Origin: Eubacterium sp.
GTDB taxonomy: Bacteria > Bacillota > Clostridia > Lachnospirales > Lachnospiraceae
DNA length: 64,000 bases
NCBI GenBank assembly: GCA_022791495.1
Contig: JAAVZE010000001.1
Coordinates: 8,035 to 72,034, forward strand
Reading direction: 5' to 3'
Shown piece by piece: positions 33,583 through 43,623 of the stretch (its first letter is position 1; every line of letters begins with the position of its first letter). The notes under the pieces are model-generated. The model did no database searches and had not been told where the DNA came from. It saw nothing but the letters and a program-made list of their open reading frames with translations. Made by a program: the position numbers and the translations under genes.

Positions 33583-34317
33583 TTATTCCTTTACTTCGTA
33601 AATATAGGCGTTTCCTCTTTTTCCCACTCTCTCCACCAATTCCAGATAATGAAAAATATTCATGGCAGTCTGGGCCTGGGACAGCGGTATCCTCGCAGAT
33701 TTCGCATATTCCTTTGAAGTAAACCCGGAGAGCTCCGGTGGTATCATCATCCGATAGTCTTCCACCCTCTCAAAAAGCATTTCATCTACCAGTGCCAGGG
33801 GAATCCGGTCGTATCTGGTAGCTCCCTTCTTCTTGTCCCGGCTCCAGCCATCCAGCAGTTTCGTCTCTTCCACATCGATAAACAAAAATAGCAGGTTGAG
33901 ATTGGGATGGTTCAAATAGGTCTTAATGCGGTACAATTCTTTGAATGCCTGATAGGGGCTTCCTTTTTTTGGGGATTTTCGCCGACTCACCTCCAGCCCT
34001 GACTCCGGATCCACCCAGATCACCCACTTCGTCGCCGGAATCGGATATACGATCGTTACTTTATACAGCGGCAAAAACTTATCCAGCTTACGGCGAAGAA
34101 CATTAAAATTGGCGGTCTGTATCTCAATGACCGCTTCGTCCCTGAATACATCCGCCACATAACCTTCCAGCGGAACCTCATGATAATCCGCATTTGGTTC
34201 CATATAATTTTTTACAACAGCGTGAAGCGTCTTTTCAGACAAAGTCCCAATTCCAAGACGCTCCCTCTCATTGTATACGATCTTTTGTACCGCCTGATCA
34301 AAGACCTTCCTGTCCAT
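33583..34317 (-). CDS. Conserved hypothetical protein, possible PD-(D/E)xK-fold nuclease-like
   Basis: E...ADV...IEIQT pattern. The true start is probably MDRKVF at 34317; the longer ORF call is a by-product of the duplication. Confidence 0.55.
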   Translation of the reverse strand: MDRKVFDQAVQKIVYNERERLGIGTLSEKTLHAVVKNYMEPNADYHEVPLEGYVADVFRDEAVIEIQTANFNVLRRKLDKFLPLYKVTIVYPIPATKWVIWVDPESGLEVSRRKSPKKGSPYQAFKELYRIKTYLNHPNLNLLFLFIDVEETKLLDGWSRDKKKGATRYDRIPLALVDEMLFERVEDYRMMIPPELSGFTSKEYAKSARIPLSQAQTAMNIFHYLELVERVGKRGNAYIYEVKE

Positions 34318-34479
34318 AGTACGCATTGTCTCCGTGCTTTCTGAAATAGTGTTTATCCAGAAGATATAGACGCTCCCTCTCATTGTATACGATCTTTTGT
34401 ACTGCCTGATCAAAGACCTTCCTGTCCATAGTACGCATTGTCTCCGTGCTTTCTGAAATAGTGTTTATCCAGCAAATAC
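34256..34479. repeat. Tandem duplication with a 112-bp period across the araD 3' end and the downstream gene start
   Basis: 34256-34360 equals 34368-34472 with one mismatch. Confidence 0.95.
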
Positions 34480-35156
34480 TGGGGGGCCGGCTTCACGGAT
34501 GGATTCAATGTCATGGTATGATGCGCCATCTCTGCCACCTTGTCCAGAACTACGGCATTGTAAACTGCATTTGCAGGTGACGTTCCCCAGGTAAAGGGAC
34601 CATGATTCTTCACAACGATTCCCGGTACTTCCATGGCATCCTTCTCACCGAGAGTCTCAACAATGACCAGACCTGTATTTTTTTCATATTCGTCGCTGAT
34701 CTCAGCAGCAGTCAGATCCCTGGTACACGGAATTTCACCATAAAAATAATCCGCATGTGTCGTGCCCAGTGCCGGGATCGGCATTCCTGCCTGCGCAAAA
34801 GTAACCGCCCAGGTAGAATGTGTATGTACCACTCCTGCCAGATTGTCAAATGCCTTATACAGTTCGATATGGGTCGCCGTATCAGAGGACGGACGATATT
34901 TTCCCTCTACCACGTTCTGGTCAAAATCCACCACTACCATATCCTCCGGCGAAAGCTCATCATATTCTACACCGCTGGGCTTAATTACGACAAGATTATT
35001 TTCCCGGTCGATTCCGCTCACATTACCCCAGGTATAGATAACAAGCCCTTTCTCCTGGAGCTCCATATTTGCATCATATACTTCTTTTTTCAATTGTTCC
35101 AGCATTCCAGTTTCCCTCCATTTGTTCTCCAAATCATATTTTAGCTGTTCCGCCAT
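34410..35156 (-). CDS. araD: L-ribulose-5-phosphate 4-epimerase
   Basis: [28 protein letters not shown] and [13 protein letters not shown]. Confidence 0.94.
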   Translation of the reverse strand: MAEQLKYDLENKWRETGMLEQLKKEVYDANMELQEKGLVIYTWGNVSGIDRENNLVVIKPSGVEYDELSPEDMVVVDFDQNVVEGKYRPSSDTATHIELYKAFDNLAGVVHTHSTWAVTFAQAGMPIPALGTTHADYFYGEIPCTRDLTAAEISDEYEKNTGLVIVETLGEKDAMEVPGIVVKNHGPFTWGTSPANAVYNAVVLDKVAEMAHHTMTLNPSVKPAPQYLLDKHYFRKHGDNAYYGQEGL

Positions 35157-35269
35157 ATTATTTTTATTATAATAGAAATGCCTGCTCCCGTCAATATGGC
35201 TGGAATAAATTGTGAGAGAACCGCGGCTCTCCCTCTCATAGAGGGACCCACGGTTCTCAGCCGGACTTT

Positions 35270-36202
35270 CTATTCGGTAAATAGTGGGGTTGAATAATAG
35301 CGGTCCCCACTGTCAGGCAGAAATACAACAATATTTTTTCCTTTATTCTCCGGCTTCCCTGCCTCCCGCAATGCGGCCCAGAGCGCTGCCCCAGAAGAGA
35401 TTCCCACAAGAATCCCCTCTTCTCTGGCAATTTCTTTTGCCGCCGCAAAGGCGTCAGCATCTTCCACTGTTGTTATTGAGTCATAGATTTTTGTATTTAA
35501 AACTTCCGGTACAAATCCTGCTCCGATTCCCTGAATTTTATGAGCTCCTGCTGTTCCCTGGGAGAGCACCGGTGAAACAGCAGGCTCCACTGCAACGATC
35601 CTGATCGTAGGCTTTTTACCTTTGAGATATTCACCCACACCAGTTATCGTACCTCCTGTTCCCACTCCTGCCACAAAAAGATCCACCTCGCCGTCTGTAT
35701 CTTCCCAGATCTCCGGTCCAGTCTTCTTCCTATGGGCTTCTGGATTTGCCTGATTGACAAACTGACCGACGATCAGGCTGCCTGGAATCTCCCGGTTCAG
35801 TTCCTCTGCTCTTTCGATGGCTCCCTTCATTCCCTTGCTGCCTTCGGTAAGCACCAGCTCTGCACCATAGGCCTTTATCATATTTCTCCGCTCGACACTC
35901 ATGGTCTCCGGCAGAACGATAACCGCCTTGTACCCCTTAGCGGCGGCGATGGCTGCCAGACCGATGCCGGTATTTCCGGAAGTCGGCTCAAGGATCGTCC
36001 CTCCCGGTTTAAGTCTGCCACTCTTCTCCGCCTCCTCGATCATCTCCAGCGCAATACGGTCTTTCACACTTCCGGCAGGATTCAGGTATTCCAGCTTTGC
36101 CAGGATCTTTGCCTCAAGACCATATTTTTTCTCAATTTTGGTGAATTCCACCAATGGCGTATTTCCGATGAGTTCGGCAGCACTCCTATATATTTTCCTC
36201 AT
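35270..36202 (-). CDS. cysK: Cysteine synthase A
   Basis: SVKDRIA, PTSGNTG, GTGGT and HKIQGIG. Confidence 0.95.
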   Translation of the reverse strand: MRKIYRSAAELIGNTPLVEFTKIEKKYGLEAKILAKLEYLNPAGSVKDRIALEMIEEAEKSGRLKPGGTILEPTSGNTGIGLAAIAAAKGYKAVIVLPETMSVERRNMIKAYGAELVLTEGSKGMKGAIERAEELNREIPGSLIVGQFVNQANPEAHRKKTGPEIWEDTDGEVDLFVAGVGTGGTITGVGEYLKGKKPTIRIVAVEPAVSPVLSQGTAGAHKIQGIGAGFVPEVLNTKIYDSITTVEDADAFAAAKEIAREEGILVGISSGAALWAALREAGKPENKGKNIVVFLPDSGDRYYSTPLFTE

Positions 36203-36247
36203 TTTAAAACCTTCCTTTCCTATTAATTCGCTGTCTTGCGCGGCGCT

Positions 36248-37978
36248 CTATTGACTGTTGTACAGCGCTGCATAAAATCCATCTTTTTTCAACAGCTCAT
36301 CATGGTTTCCCTGTTCTATAATATGCCCGTCTTTCATCACTAGTATAACATCTGCCTCCCGGATGGTGGAAAGACGGTGTGCCACAATAAAGCTGGTCCT
36401 TCCCTCCATCATCTTAGAAAATGCATTCTGGATCCGGATCTCCGTACGGGTATCAATAGATGATGTCGCCTCATCCAATATGAGCATAGGCGGCAGACAA
36501 AGCATCACCCTGGCGATACACAGCAGCTGCTTCTGTCCCTGGGAAAGACTGCCGCCATCCTCGCCGATCACCGTATCATATCCTTTCGGCAGTCTCTTGA
36601 TAAAGCTGTGGGCATGGCTGGCTTTTGCCGCCTGGATCACCTCTTCGTCCGTAGCATCCGGTTTTCCCATCATAATATTTTCCCGGATGGTTCCCTGTTT
36701 TAACCAGGTTTCCTGCAACACCATGCCATAATTTGCCCGAAGGCTCTCTCTCGTGATCCTGCGGCTGTCATGACCGCTGACAAGGATCTCCCCGGCATTC
36801 ACATCATAAAACCGCATGAGGAGATTGATGAGCGTAGTCTTTCCACATCCCGTAGGTCCCACGATCGCCACTCTCTGGCCAGGCTTCACATCCAGATTAA
36901 ATTTTTCGATCAGCTGCTGCCCCGGCACATAGGAAAAGCACACATCCTGGATCTTCACACTTCCATCCACATCACGAAGTACGACCGCGTCTTCATCATC
37001 CGGTGTCTGCGGCTTCTCATCGATCAGTTCAAAAATCCTTCCGGCACAGGCAATGGCATTCTGCAGCTCTGTCACCACACCGGAAATCTCATTGAATGGT
37101 TTAGTATACTGATTCGCATAGCGCAGAAAGCAAGACAGCTGTCCTACAGACAGGCTTCCCTGGATAGCAAAAAATGCACCGCTGATCCCCACGCCCGCAT
37201 ACACAAGGCTGTTTACAAATCTGGTAGCTGGATTGGTGATGGAAGAAAAGAAGATCCCCCGCAGAGAACATTTGCGCAGCCTCTCATTGATCTCGTCAAA
37301 TTTCTCCTGGGCATCGTCCTCATAGGCAAAGGCCTGAACCACTTTCTGGTTTCCAAGGATTTCCTCCACCAGTGCTGTCTGCTCTCCCCTGGTCTCCGAC
37401 TGAAGCTTAAACATCTCATAGGTTCTTTTTGCGATGAAACTCGCCACCAGCAGAGAAACCGGTGTGATCACAACAACCACCAGCGTGATGCTGACGTTCA
37501 CACTGAGCATAAATAACAGGGTCCCAAGGATTGTCACCACGCCAGTAAACAACTGGGTAAATCCCATAAGAAGCCCATCTGCGAACTGGTCCACGTCAGC
37601 AATCACACGGCTGACCACCTCCCCATGGGAATGGCCATCAATATACTTTAAGGGCAGCTCCTGTATCCTCCGGAATGCCTCGTCCCGGATATCCCGTACG
37701 ATGTTAAAGGTAATCTTATTGTTGCACACATTCATGATCCACTGCGCTGCCATAGTCACTGCCACCGCGCCGCCGATCTTCCATAATATATGACGAATAG
37801 CGTCAAAATCCACCGCGCCGGGAGCAATGATACAGTCGATGGCCTGGCCAGTCAGGATCGGTACATATAACGTCAGTGCCACCGTCACCGCCGCCAGCAC
37901 CAGGGAACAGATAAGGAAAAATGTATATCTTTTAATATAGCTCAAAACTCTTCGGATTGTCTCTTTCTGGCTCATCAT
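36248..37978 (-). CDS. ABC exporter subunit (TMD+NBD), consensus site
   Basis: GPTGCGKT, LSQGQ, LDEATS and AHRL. Confidence 0.92.
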   Translation of the reverse strand: MMSQKETIRRVLSYIKRYTFFLICSLVLAAVTVALTLYVPILTGQAIDCIIAPGAVDFDAIRHILWKIGGAVAVTMAAQWIMNVCNNKITFNIVRDIRDEAFRRIQELPLKYIDGHSHGEVVSRVIADVDQFADGLLMGFTQLFTGVVTILGTLLFMLSVNVSITLVVVVITPVSLLVASFIAKRTYEMFKLQSETRGEQTALVEEILGNQKVVQAFAYEDDAQEKFDEINERLRKCSLRGIFFSSITNPATRFVNSLVYAGVGISGAFFAIQGSLSVGQLSCFLRYANQYTKPFNEISGVVTELQNAIACAGRIFELIDEKPQTPDDEDAVVLRDVDGSVKIQDVCFSYVPGQQLIEKFNLDVKPGQRVAIVGPTGCGKTTLINLLMRFYDVNAGEILVSGHDSRRITRESLRANYGMVLQETWLKQGTIRENIMMGKPDATDEEVIQAAKASHAHSFIKRLPKGYDTVIGEDGGSLSQGQKQLLCIARVMLCLPPMLILDEATSSIDTRTEIRIQNAFSKMMEGRTSFIVAHRLSTIREADVILVMKDGHIIEQGNHDELLKKDGFYAALYNSQ

Positions 37979-39714
37979 TTTTCCTCCTTTCCAAACTGGG
38001 ATTCATAGATCTCCCGGTACACTTCACAGTTTTGAAGCAACTCTTCATGGGTTCCCTTTCCCGCCAGCTCCCCGTCATCCAGCACAAGGATCTGGTCTGC
38101 CTGCAGGATCGATGCCGCACGCTGGGACACGATAAATACCGTAGTTCCTGCCAGTCTCTCCCGAATTCCCCTGCGCAGCGCAGCATCTGTCATATAATCC
38201 AGCGCTGAGGAACTATCATCCAGAATCAGTATATCCGGCTTCTTCACCAACGCCCTGGCGATGGTGAGACGCTGCCTCTGTCCGCCGGAAAAATTCCTTC
38301 CCCCCTGTTCCACCAGTGCATCTAGACCACCTTCCTTGTCCCTGACAAATTCCGCCGCCTGGGCTGTCTCCAGCGCCTCCCAGATCTCTTTATCTGTGGC
38401 GTCCTTTCTGCCCCACTGCATATTAGAACGGATATCTCCGTAAAAAAGCACCGCCTTCTGGGGTACGACCCCGATCTTTTCCCGCAGTTGAATAAGCGGA
38501 TACTTCTTGATATCGGTTCCACCGATCCGGATCTTACCAGAGGTTCTCTCATAAAATCTTGGAATAAGATTGACCAGAGAAGTTTTACCTGAACCTGTAC
38601 CTCCGATCACTCCGATCACGTCACCCCGTCCCGCCGCAAAAGAGATGTCTGTCAGAGACTCTTCCGAAGCATTCTGATAAGACAGTCCCACATGTTCAAA
38701 TTCTACCATCGTTTCCTGCCTGGAGAATGAAATTCCCTTAACCAGATCCGTTCCTGCGGTATCCTTAAGACTTGTCTCTACTTCAAACACATCCTGGATC
38801 CGGTTTCCACAGGCGATCGCTTTCGTGACCGTAATGATCAGATTTGCCAGCTTCACCAGCTCCACCAGGATCTGTGACATGTAATCCACCAGAGCCACCA
38901 CAGCTCCCTGGGTGAGAATCCCTGTCTCCACCCGCAGTGCCCCTGTCCAGATCAGAAGGATGATGGCTCCGTTCACGATCACAAATGTCAGTGGGTTCAT
39001 CAACGCCGAAACCCGCCCCACAAAAAACTGTACTTTATTCAGATCAAGATTTGCTTTCTCAAACTTATCCGTCTCTTCCTTTTCTTTACGAAAAGCACGA
39101 ATCACTCTGGCGCCGGTCAGATTTTCCCTGGTGATGCCAAGGATCCGGTCCAGCCCTGCCTGCACTTTTTTATAAAGGGGAATGCTGGCAAGCATTACAC
39201 CAAATACCACGATGGACAAAAGCGGTATCGCCACAACGAAGATCATGGCTGCCTTCACATCAATGGTAAATGCCATGATCATGGCCCCAAATACGATAAA
39301 AGGCGATCTTAGAAACAGCCTCAGCACCAGATTGACCCCTGACTGCACCTGGTTTACATCACTGGTCATCCTCGTGATTAAACTGGTGGATCCCAGCCGG
39401 TCAACTTCTGTATAGGAAAAAGTCTCGATATGATGAAACAGTGCAGATTTCAGTTTTGCCGAAAATCCCACTGCTGCCTTGGCTGCGAAGTACTGTGCTG
39501 TCAGCGAAGATGCGAGCCCTACTACCGCCAGCAGAAGTAATACGCCACCCATCATCATCACATACCTGCCATCCCTGTTTTTGATTCCCACATCAATGAT
39601 GGATGCCATAACAAGTGGCACCATCAATTCAAAGGATGCCTCTAATAACTTAAAAAGCGGTCCCAATACGGACTCCTTTTTGTAATCTTTGAGATATACA
39701 AGTAATTTCCACAT
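37975..39714 (-). CDS. ABC exporter subunit (TMD+NBD), degenerate site; heterodimer partner
   Basis: GGTGSGKT, FSGGQ, LDDSSS and SQR; start MWKLL after the GGAGG RBS. Confidence 0.92.
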   Translation of the reverse strand: MWKLLVYLKDYKKESVLGPLFKLLEASFELMVPLVMASIIDVGIKNRDGRYVMMMGGVLLLLAVVGLASSLTAQYFAAKAAVGFSAKLKSALFHHIETFSYTEVDRLGSTSLITRMTSDVNQVQSGVNLVLRLFLRSPFIVFGAMIMAFTIDVKAAMIFVVAIPLLSIVVFGVMLASIPLYKKVQAGLDRILGITRENLTGARVIRAFRKEKEETDKFEKANLDLNKVQFFVGRVSALMNPLTFVIVNGAIILLIWTGALRVETGILTQGAVVALVDYMSQILVELVKLANLIITVTKAIACGNRIQDVFEVETSLKDTAGTDLVKGISFSRQETMVEFEHVGLSYQNASEESLTDISFAAGRGDVIGVIGGTGSGKTSLVNLIPRFYERTSGKIRIGGTDIKKYPLIQLREKIGVVPQKAVLFYGDIRSNMQWGRKDATDKEIWEALETAQAAEFVRDKEGGLDALVEQGGRNFSGGQRQRLTIARALVKKPDILILDDSSSALDYMTDAALRRGIRERLAGTTVFIVSQRAASILQADQILVLDDGELAGKGTHEELLQNCEVYREIYESQFGKEEK

Positions 39715-39774
39715 CTTATGCTTCTCCTCCCTCATAGATGTTTTCACTGTTCCATATTGTAACACATTTGGAGA

Positions 39775-39785
39775 ATAATTACTAC
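39775..39785 (+). repeat. Candidate att core (left), ATAATTACTAC
   Basis: Identical to 46423-46433; lies at the host/element boundary. Confidence 0.7.
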
Positions 39786-39883
39786 GTTAACTTCTTTGTT
39801 GTCTCATATGTGTGATCCAAACAGCATAAAATGGTTCTGTAATTTCACATTTTACATTAAAAAATATTATATGCTAAAATTTT

Positions 39884-39902
39884 TAGTACCTTTTTAGTAC
39901 CA
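39884..39902 (+). repeat. Candidate integrase arm-type sites TAGTACCTTTTTAGTACCA
   Basis: Similar to TAGTACCATTTCAGTCCCA at 46340-46358 next to the int stop. Confidence 0.6.
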
Positions 39903-39951
39903 ATTTGCAACTTTAAATGATCTAATGCCTTTTTGCATTCCTTGCAATTAT

Positions 39952-40113
39952 TCAAAATTTTTTCCGGAAACACTCTATATTATATAAAAGTTCTTCTATT
40001 TGTCTCAACCTGAGCGCATCCAAAGATGATGCCCGCAATTTGTTCTTCAGATTCTTCTGGATAAGAAAATAATCTTTCTTTTCTTCTCTATTCATTTCAC
40101 ATGCCTTTTTCAT
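39952..40113 (-). CDS. Possible 53-aa hypothetical protein
   Basis: Manual ORF MKKACEMNREEKKDYF...; weak RBS. Confidence 0.3.
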   Translation of the reverse strand: MKKACEMNREEKKDYFLIQKNLKNKLRASSLDALRLRQIEELLYNIECFRKKF

Positions 40114-40251
40114 TCCAGGATTTCTTAGATTATTAATTGCGCCGGCACAAAGATACGAAGTAACTATTTACCCATATTATGATATTCTCCTTATTTAAAC
40201 CGCTGCTGTTCCTTATGATCTCCTTTATTGTATCCCCCTGCTATATTAATA

Positions 40252-40288
40252 GTGCCCATGGACTAACTCAAACAGTAGTCCAGGGCAC
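40252..40288 (-). terminator. Hairpin after the capsid gene
   Basis: GTGCCCATGGACTA...TAGTCCAGGGCAC inverted repeat. Confidence 0.55.
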
Positions 40289-40295
40289 TTGTTGC

Positions 40296-41144
40296 TTATT
40301 TATTTTCCGTCGTGATCTCTGTCTTTGCCTGATAGTAAATAGCATTCACTTTATTATCAAGAACAAACGCATCGTAACAAACGCGCCCCTCAACCAGTGA
40401 TCCGCTGATCCCTGGCGGATCTTTATGTACCTTATAGTCTTCCAGTTTAGTAGGAGCCACAGTAGCAACTGGATGGCATACCATAAAACCAAAGTTCTCC
40501 GGCAGACGTTTTGCAGGTACTTTTATAACATTCATACCATCAAGATTTGCAATAACTCCACGAATACGTAAATCTTCGCCCATGTCCGTATTCAAAACTA
40601 TATCCGGGCTTTTCTTAAGAAGTCGGTATGTTCCAGGAGTTACGATAAGTTGGCGCCCCTCTTCGAGAACTTCATTATCATCCATGCTCTCTGTTGCATT
40701 CGTTATTTCATCATAAATATTTTTCTCAGTAAGTTGGATCGGCTCTGGTTTCACCCCAGCATTTTCAGTCATCACCATATATACATAACTGTCTACTTCT
40801 GGAATAACAACCTCCCTCACCTGCCTTGCAAGAGCAGACGCTGCCTGCAGTGCCCGTCCAGTTTCATCCTCATCCAGTTTATCAATCGTAAACGTAAAAG
40901 AACGATCTTTTTTGAGTGTCATCTCTTCTGTTACCGCATCCAGATTATCTATTTCCCCATATCTGGATCCATCAGCCTTCCCCGTCCTCTGGTAATCGTT
41001 CATCTTGGATGTTGATACTTTATAAACTTTTATCGTGTGTGCACCAGTCCAATCAAAATCATTATTTGTCACAAGGGATTTCTTGCTTTCTGCTTTAAAC
41101 TGTTCATCCACATAAGGGCTAAAACTCGTAACTAAATCTATCAT
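40296..41144 (-). CDS. Phage major capsid protein (HK97-fold, Firmicutes phage type)
   Basis: DFDWTGAHTIKV..MNDY.R, TLKKDRSFTFTID..D, VIPEVD and GRVCYDAFVLDNK..AIY resemble Firmicutes phage MCPs; lies directly after a scaffold-like gene. Confidence 0.8.
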   Translation of the reverse strand: MIDLVTSFSPYVDEQFKAESKKSLVTNNDFDWTGAHTIKVYKVSTSKMNDYQRTGKADGSRYGEIDNLDAVTEEMTLKKDRSFTFTIDKLDEDETGRALQAASALARQVREVVIPEVDSYVYMVMTENAGVKPEPIQLTEKNIYDEITNATESMDDNEVLEEGRQLIVTPGTYRLLKKSPDIVLNTDMGEDLRIRGVIANLDGMNVIKVPAKRLPENFGFMVCHPVATVAPTKLEDYKVHKDPPGISGSLVEGRVCYDAFVLDNKVNAIYYQAKTEITTENK

Positions 41145-41161
41145 ATTCTTTCACTCCTATT

Positions 41162-41554
41162 CTATTTCGGTCGCTTGAAAGAATCTGAAAAATCATAACT
41201 TACGCCACCTGCAACCGGAGTATATCCCGTCTTTTTCTTGCTAAACAAACGTGTCATTAGATTTATAGATTCTTTCAGCGTTTCTTTATTGCTTAAATCC
41301 ACTAATCCGATACTTTCCGGCGGTAAGTTTCTTTCTCTAAGTAATTCATCCGCCATCAGACGATGTTCCTTCTTAGTCAACGCTTCCTCCCGCTTAGTCA
41401 GTTCCGTCTCCCGCTCGTCAAGGCGTTTTTTATCATCTTCTTTCTCTCCTTTTGCCCTTGAAAGCCGGTTTTTCACTATCTCATTAACCTCTTCCTGGGT
41501 AAAAGTCCTTTCACTTTTCTCCTGTTCAATAACAGTGTCTTTGTTCTCTTCCAT
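41162..41554 (-). CDS. Capsid scaffolding-like protein (DUF4355-like)
   Basis: TFTQEEVNEIVKNRLSRAK motif followed by a charged coiled coil. Confidence 0.75.
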   Translation of the reverse strand: MEENKDTVIEQEKSERTFTQEEVNEIVKNRLSRAKGEKEDDKKRLDERETELTKREEALTKKEHRLMADELLRERNLPPESIGLVDLSNKETLKESINLMTRLFSKKKTGYTPVAGGVSYDFSDSFKRPK

Positions 41555-41597
41555 TTCATTCCCTCCGTTTCCGCCCGTCGGCTGTTTTTTTGCAAAT

Positions 41598-41752
41598 AAA
41601 AAACGCAGAGATAGGGATACACAATCACGTGTCTATCCTATTTCCGCGCCGCTCTCTCGAAGGCTTCCGCCAGCTGTGAAATTCAGTGGCAGGGTATCTT
41701 TGATTATTTTATTTGCTGTTATAATAGTAACAGATAAAAGCCTAAAATGCAA
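41598..41752 (-). promoter_or_regulatory. Promoter (TTGCAT-17-TACTAT, extended -10), structured leader and intrinsic terminator upstream of scaffold-capsid
   Basis: Hexamers at 41747-41752 and 41724-41729; long stem at ~41604-41648 followed by a U tract. Confidence 0.55.
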
Positions 41753-41956
41753 GTATATAATCTTTGTCATTTTTGCAATGTTTCTTTGTGATTATATTTG
41801 GGCACAATCCCACTAAAATGCTTTAGTTTAAGCACATTTTTATTGCCCATTGACGGCCACAATTCTATTGCAGCGTTTATGGAGCGATATAAACTTATTT
41901 CCGATAGCATAAATCAGGGACAACTTATTGCAAATGTCAACAGCTGTCCCTCGTTC

Positions 41957-42106
41957 CTACTCTGTGTACTTAAGATCTATGTATGCCCTTTTAAATTTCC
42001 CCTTCTGCTTCCCTGCTATTTTCCAACTCTTCATATTCGGTCGGAGTTTTTTCAGGATATAATCCAGCTCTTCCCGGCGTTCGTACGATACCTTAATCTT
42101 TATCAA
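41957..42106 (-). CDS. 49-aa basic hypothetical protein (MIKIKVSYERREELDY...)
   Basis: Below the ORF-track cutoff; GGGGAGG RBS; TTG start overlapping the upstream stop. Confidence 0.6.
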   Translation of the reverse strand: MIKIKVSYERREELDYILKKLRPNMKSWKIAGKQKGKFKRAYIDLKYTE

Positions 42107-42330
42107 ATTGCCTCCCCCTCTTCCCTTTTTATAATTCCCTGCCCCATGAGATACCCAAGCAAGAATATAGTTTTGTCACCATTGCTTTGTGTCTTATAGC
42201 TTCTTTCCCTATTGGCCAGACGCTCCAAATGCAAGAAAAGACGTTCATCAGACAGGTGGTCCATCTCTTCATCCATCATCCACGGCAGCAGTTGTCCGTA
42301 AATCTCCTCTGCCCTGGTTTTCGCCTGCAT
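42103..42330 (-). CDS. Hypothetical satellite protein
   Basis: ORF co-oriented with the rep operon and coupled to the next gene. Confidence 0.5.
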   Translation of the reverse strand: MQAKTRAEEIYGQLLPWMMDEEMDHLSDERLFLHLERLANRERSYKTQSNGDKTIFLLGYLMGQGIIKREEGEAI

Positions 42331-42393
42331 ATATGTTACTATTTAGGTATTCCTTTCCGGAAGCCTGCCCGGCCTGGTTTGGAATATTGGCCC

Positions 42394-42663
42394 TCATCCG
42401 GGCATACCCGGTGAGGGATTTTTTCTTGATATGTACCTCTCGTACCCATCTGGATCCTCAAATATCATATAGCGTTTTTCTACTGCCGACATTCGCGAAT
42501 CATCCAGCTGCATATCAGTCAGATTATTATACATGCTGTTCTGCAACAGGTACCGCAATTCTTCCCTTCTGTTAATCACCTCCTTGGGGGACATTTCCTT
42601 TTCCCGGTATCTGTTTATTTTCCTGCCCGCAGGACGGTAATAAATTAATTCTGTCCCTTCCAT
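42394..42663 (-). CDS. Hypothetical satellite protein
   Basis: ORF overlapping the rep 3' end, with a GGAGG RBS. Confidence 0.5.
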   Translation of the reverse strand: MEGTELIYYRPAGRKINRYREKEMSPKEVINRREELRYLLQNSMYNNLTDMQLDDSRMSAVEKRYMIFEDPDGYERYISRKNPSPGMPG

Positions 42664-43619
42664 CCTGCGTCACCTCCCTCCTGAAGAAGCAACCGCTCCA
42701 GTGTGCCAACTTCACTCTGTGAGTAGCAGCGCTGGGGATAATGATTAAATGCGTTCCCAGTCTTCAAAGCCGGTTTTTTATCTGTGTAGTTACCGTCGAG
42801 TATCTTGGCCATATTTGAATCTTTAATCATCCAGTCGAAATTTGCTGTCCAATTTCGATCATTGCCTCCTTTAAGGAACGGGCTGGATTCTGCCATACGG
42901 AACACTTTTTCAATATCTTCTATGGCATAATGTTTCGCTCTGGCCTTTATTGCTTTTTTCCTGGCCTCTGATAGTTTCGTCACGCGCGGAAATGAGATAC
43001 AGATGGTATTGTACAGCTCCATGATCCGCTGGCAGATGTCCACTGGAGGGCTGTCAGAGGGGCGGGGATAAGAGGGTGCTTTTCCCTCATGTGTATCTCC
43101 CTCTTCTATACTAACCTTATCTATCCTTACCTTACCTATCCTATCCTGTGTATACATATTGTATCCATTATGTATACATTGTGTGGAAACATTCGTGTTT
43201 TGGTTGTTTTCCGTAATTTTCACAACTTCATCATCTTGATATCCTGTATCCAAATTGGATACAAATGGTATACGTGTATTTTGAAACACATATTTCCCAT
43301 TGAATTCTTCTAAATTTCTCCTGTATTTTGTATATATCGTCGGCGTATATCTGTCTTTTTGAATATAATTATTTTGTTTCCAGTCTGTTATAACAACCAC
43401 ACCAGAATCAAAAGGGATAATATATTCTTTGCTCACCAAAATCCGCAAATCATCATTATTGCACCCTGTTGATTTTATAATCTTCTTAGGTGACGAAACA
43501 AAGCCATCATCATCCGCATGCATACCTAAGTGAAAATATAAACACTGTGCTGATATAGGCATATCTAAAAATTTATCTGTGTCAACCACAGCAAGGCTAA
43601 ACATTCTCCTATTGGCCAT
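42645..43619 (-). CDS. Phage-type replication initiator (replisome organiser)
   Basis: MANRRMFS...FLDMPISAQCLYFHLGMHADDDGFV N-terminus and FDWMIK...KILDGNY C-terminus; start 43619 after AGGAGG. Confidence 0.85.
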   Translation of the reverse strand: MANRRMFSLAVVDTDKFLDMPISAQCLYFHLGMHADDDGFVSSPKKIIKSTGCNNDDLRILVSKEYIIPFDSGVVVITDWKQNNYIQKDRYTPTIYTKYRRNLEEFNGKYVFQNTRIPFVSNLDTGYQDDEVVKITENNQNTNVSTQCIHNGYNMYTQDRIGKVRIDKVSIEEGDTHEGKAPSYPRPSDSPPVDICQRIMELYNTICISFPRVTKLSEARKKAIKARAKHYAIEDIEKVFRMAESSPFLKGGNDRNWTANFDWMIKDSNMAKILDGNYTDKKPALKTGNAFNHYPQRCYSQSEVGTLERLLLQEGGDAGWKGQN

Positions 43620-43623
43620 GTAT

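Noticed and set aside
34256-34479. DGR template/variable repeat or CRISPR repeat
   Set aside because: Only two adjacent copies, differences are synonymous and not adenine-specific, and no RT or cas gene is in the window.
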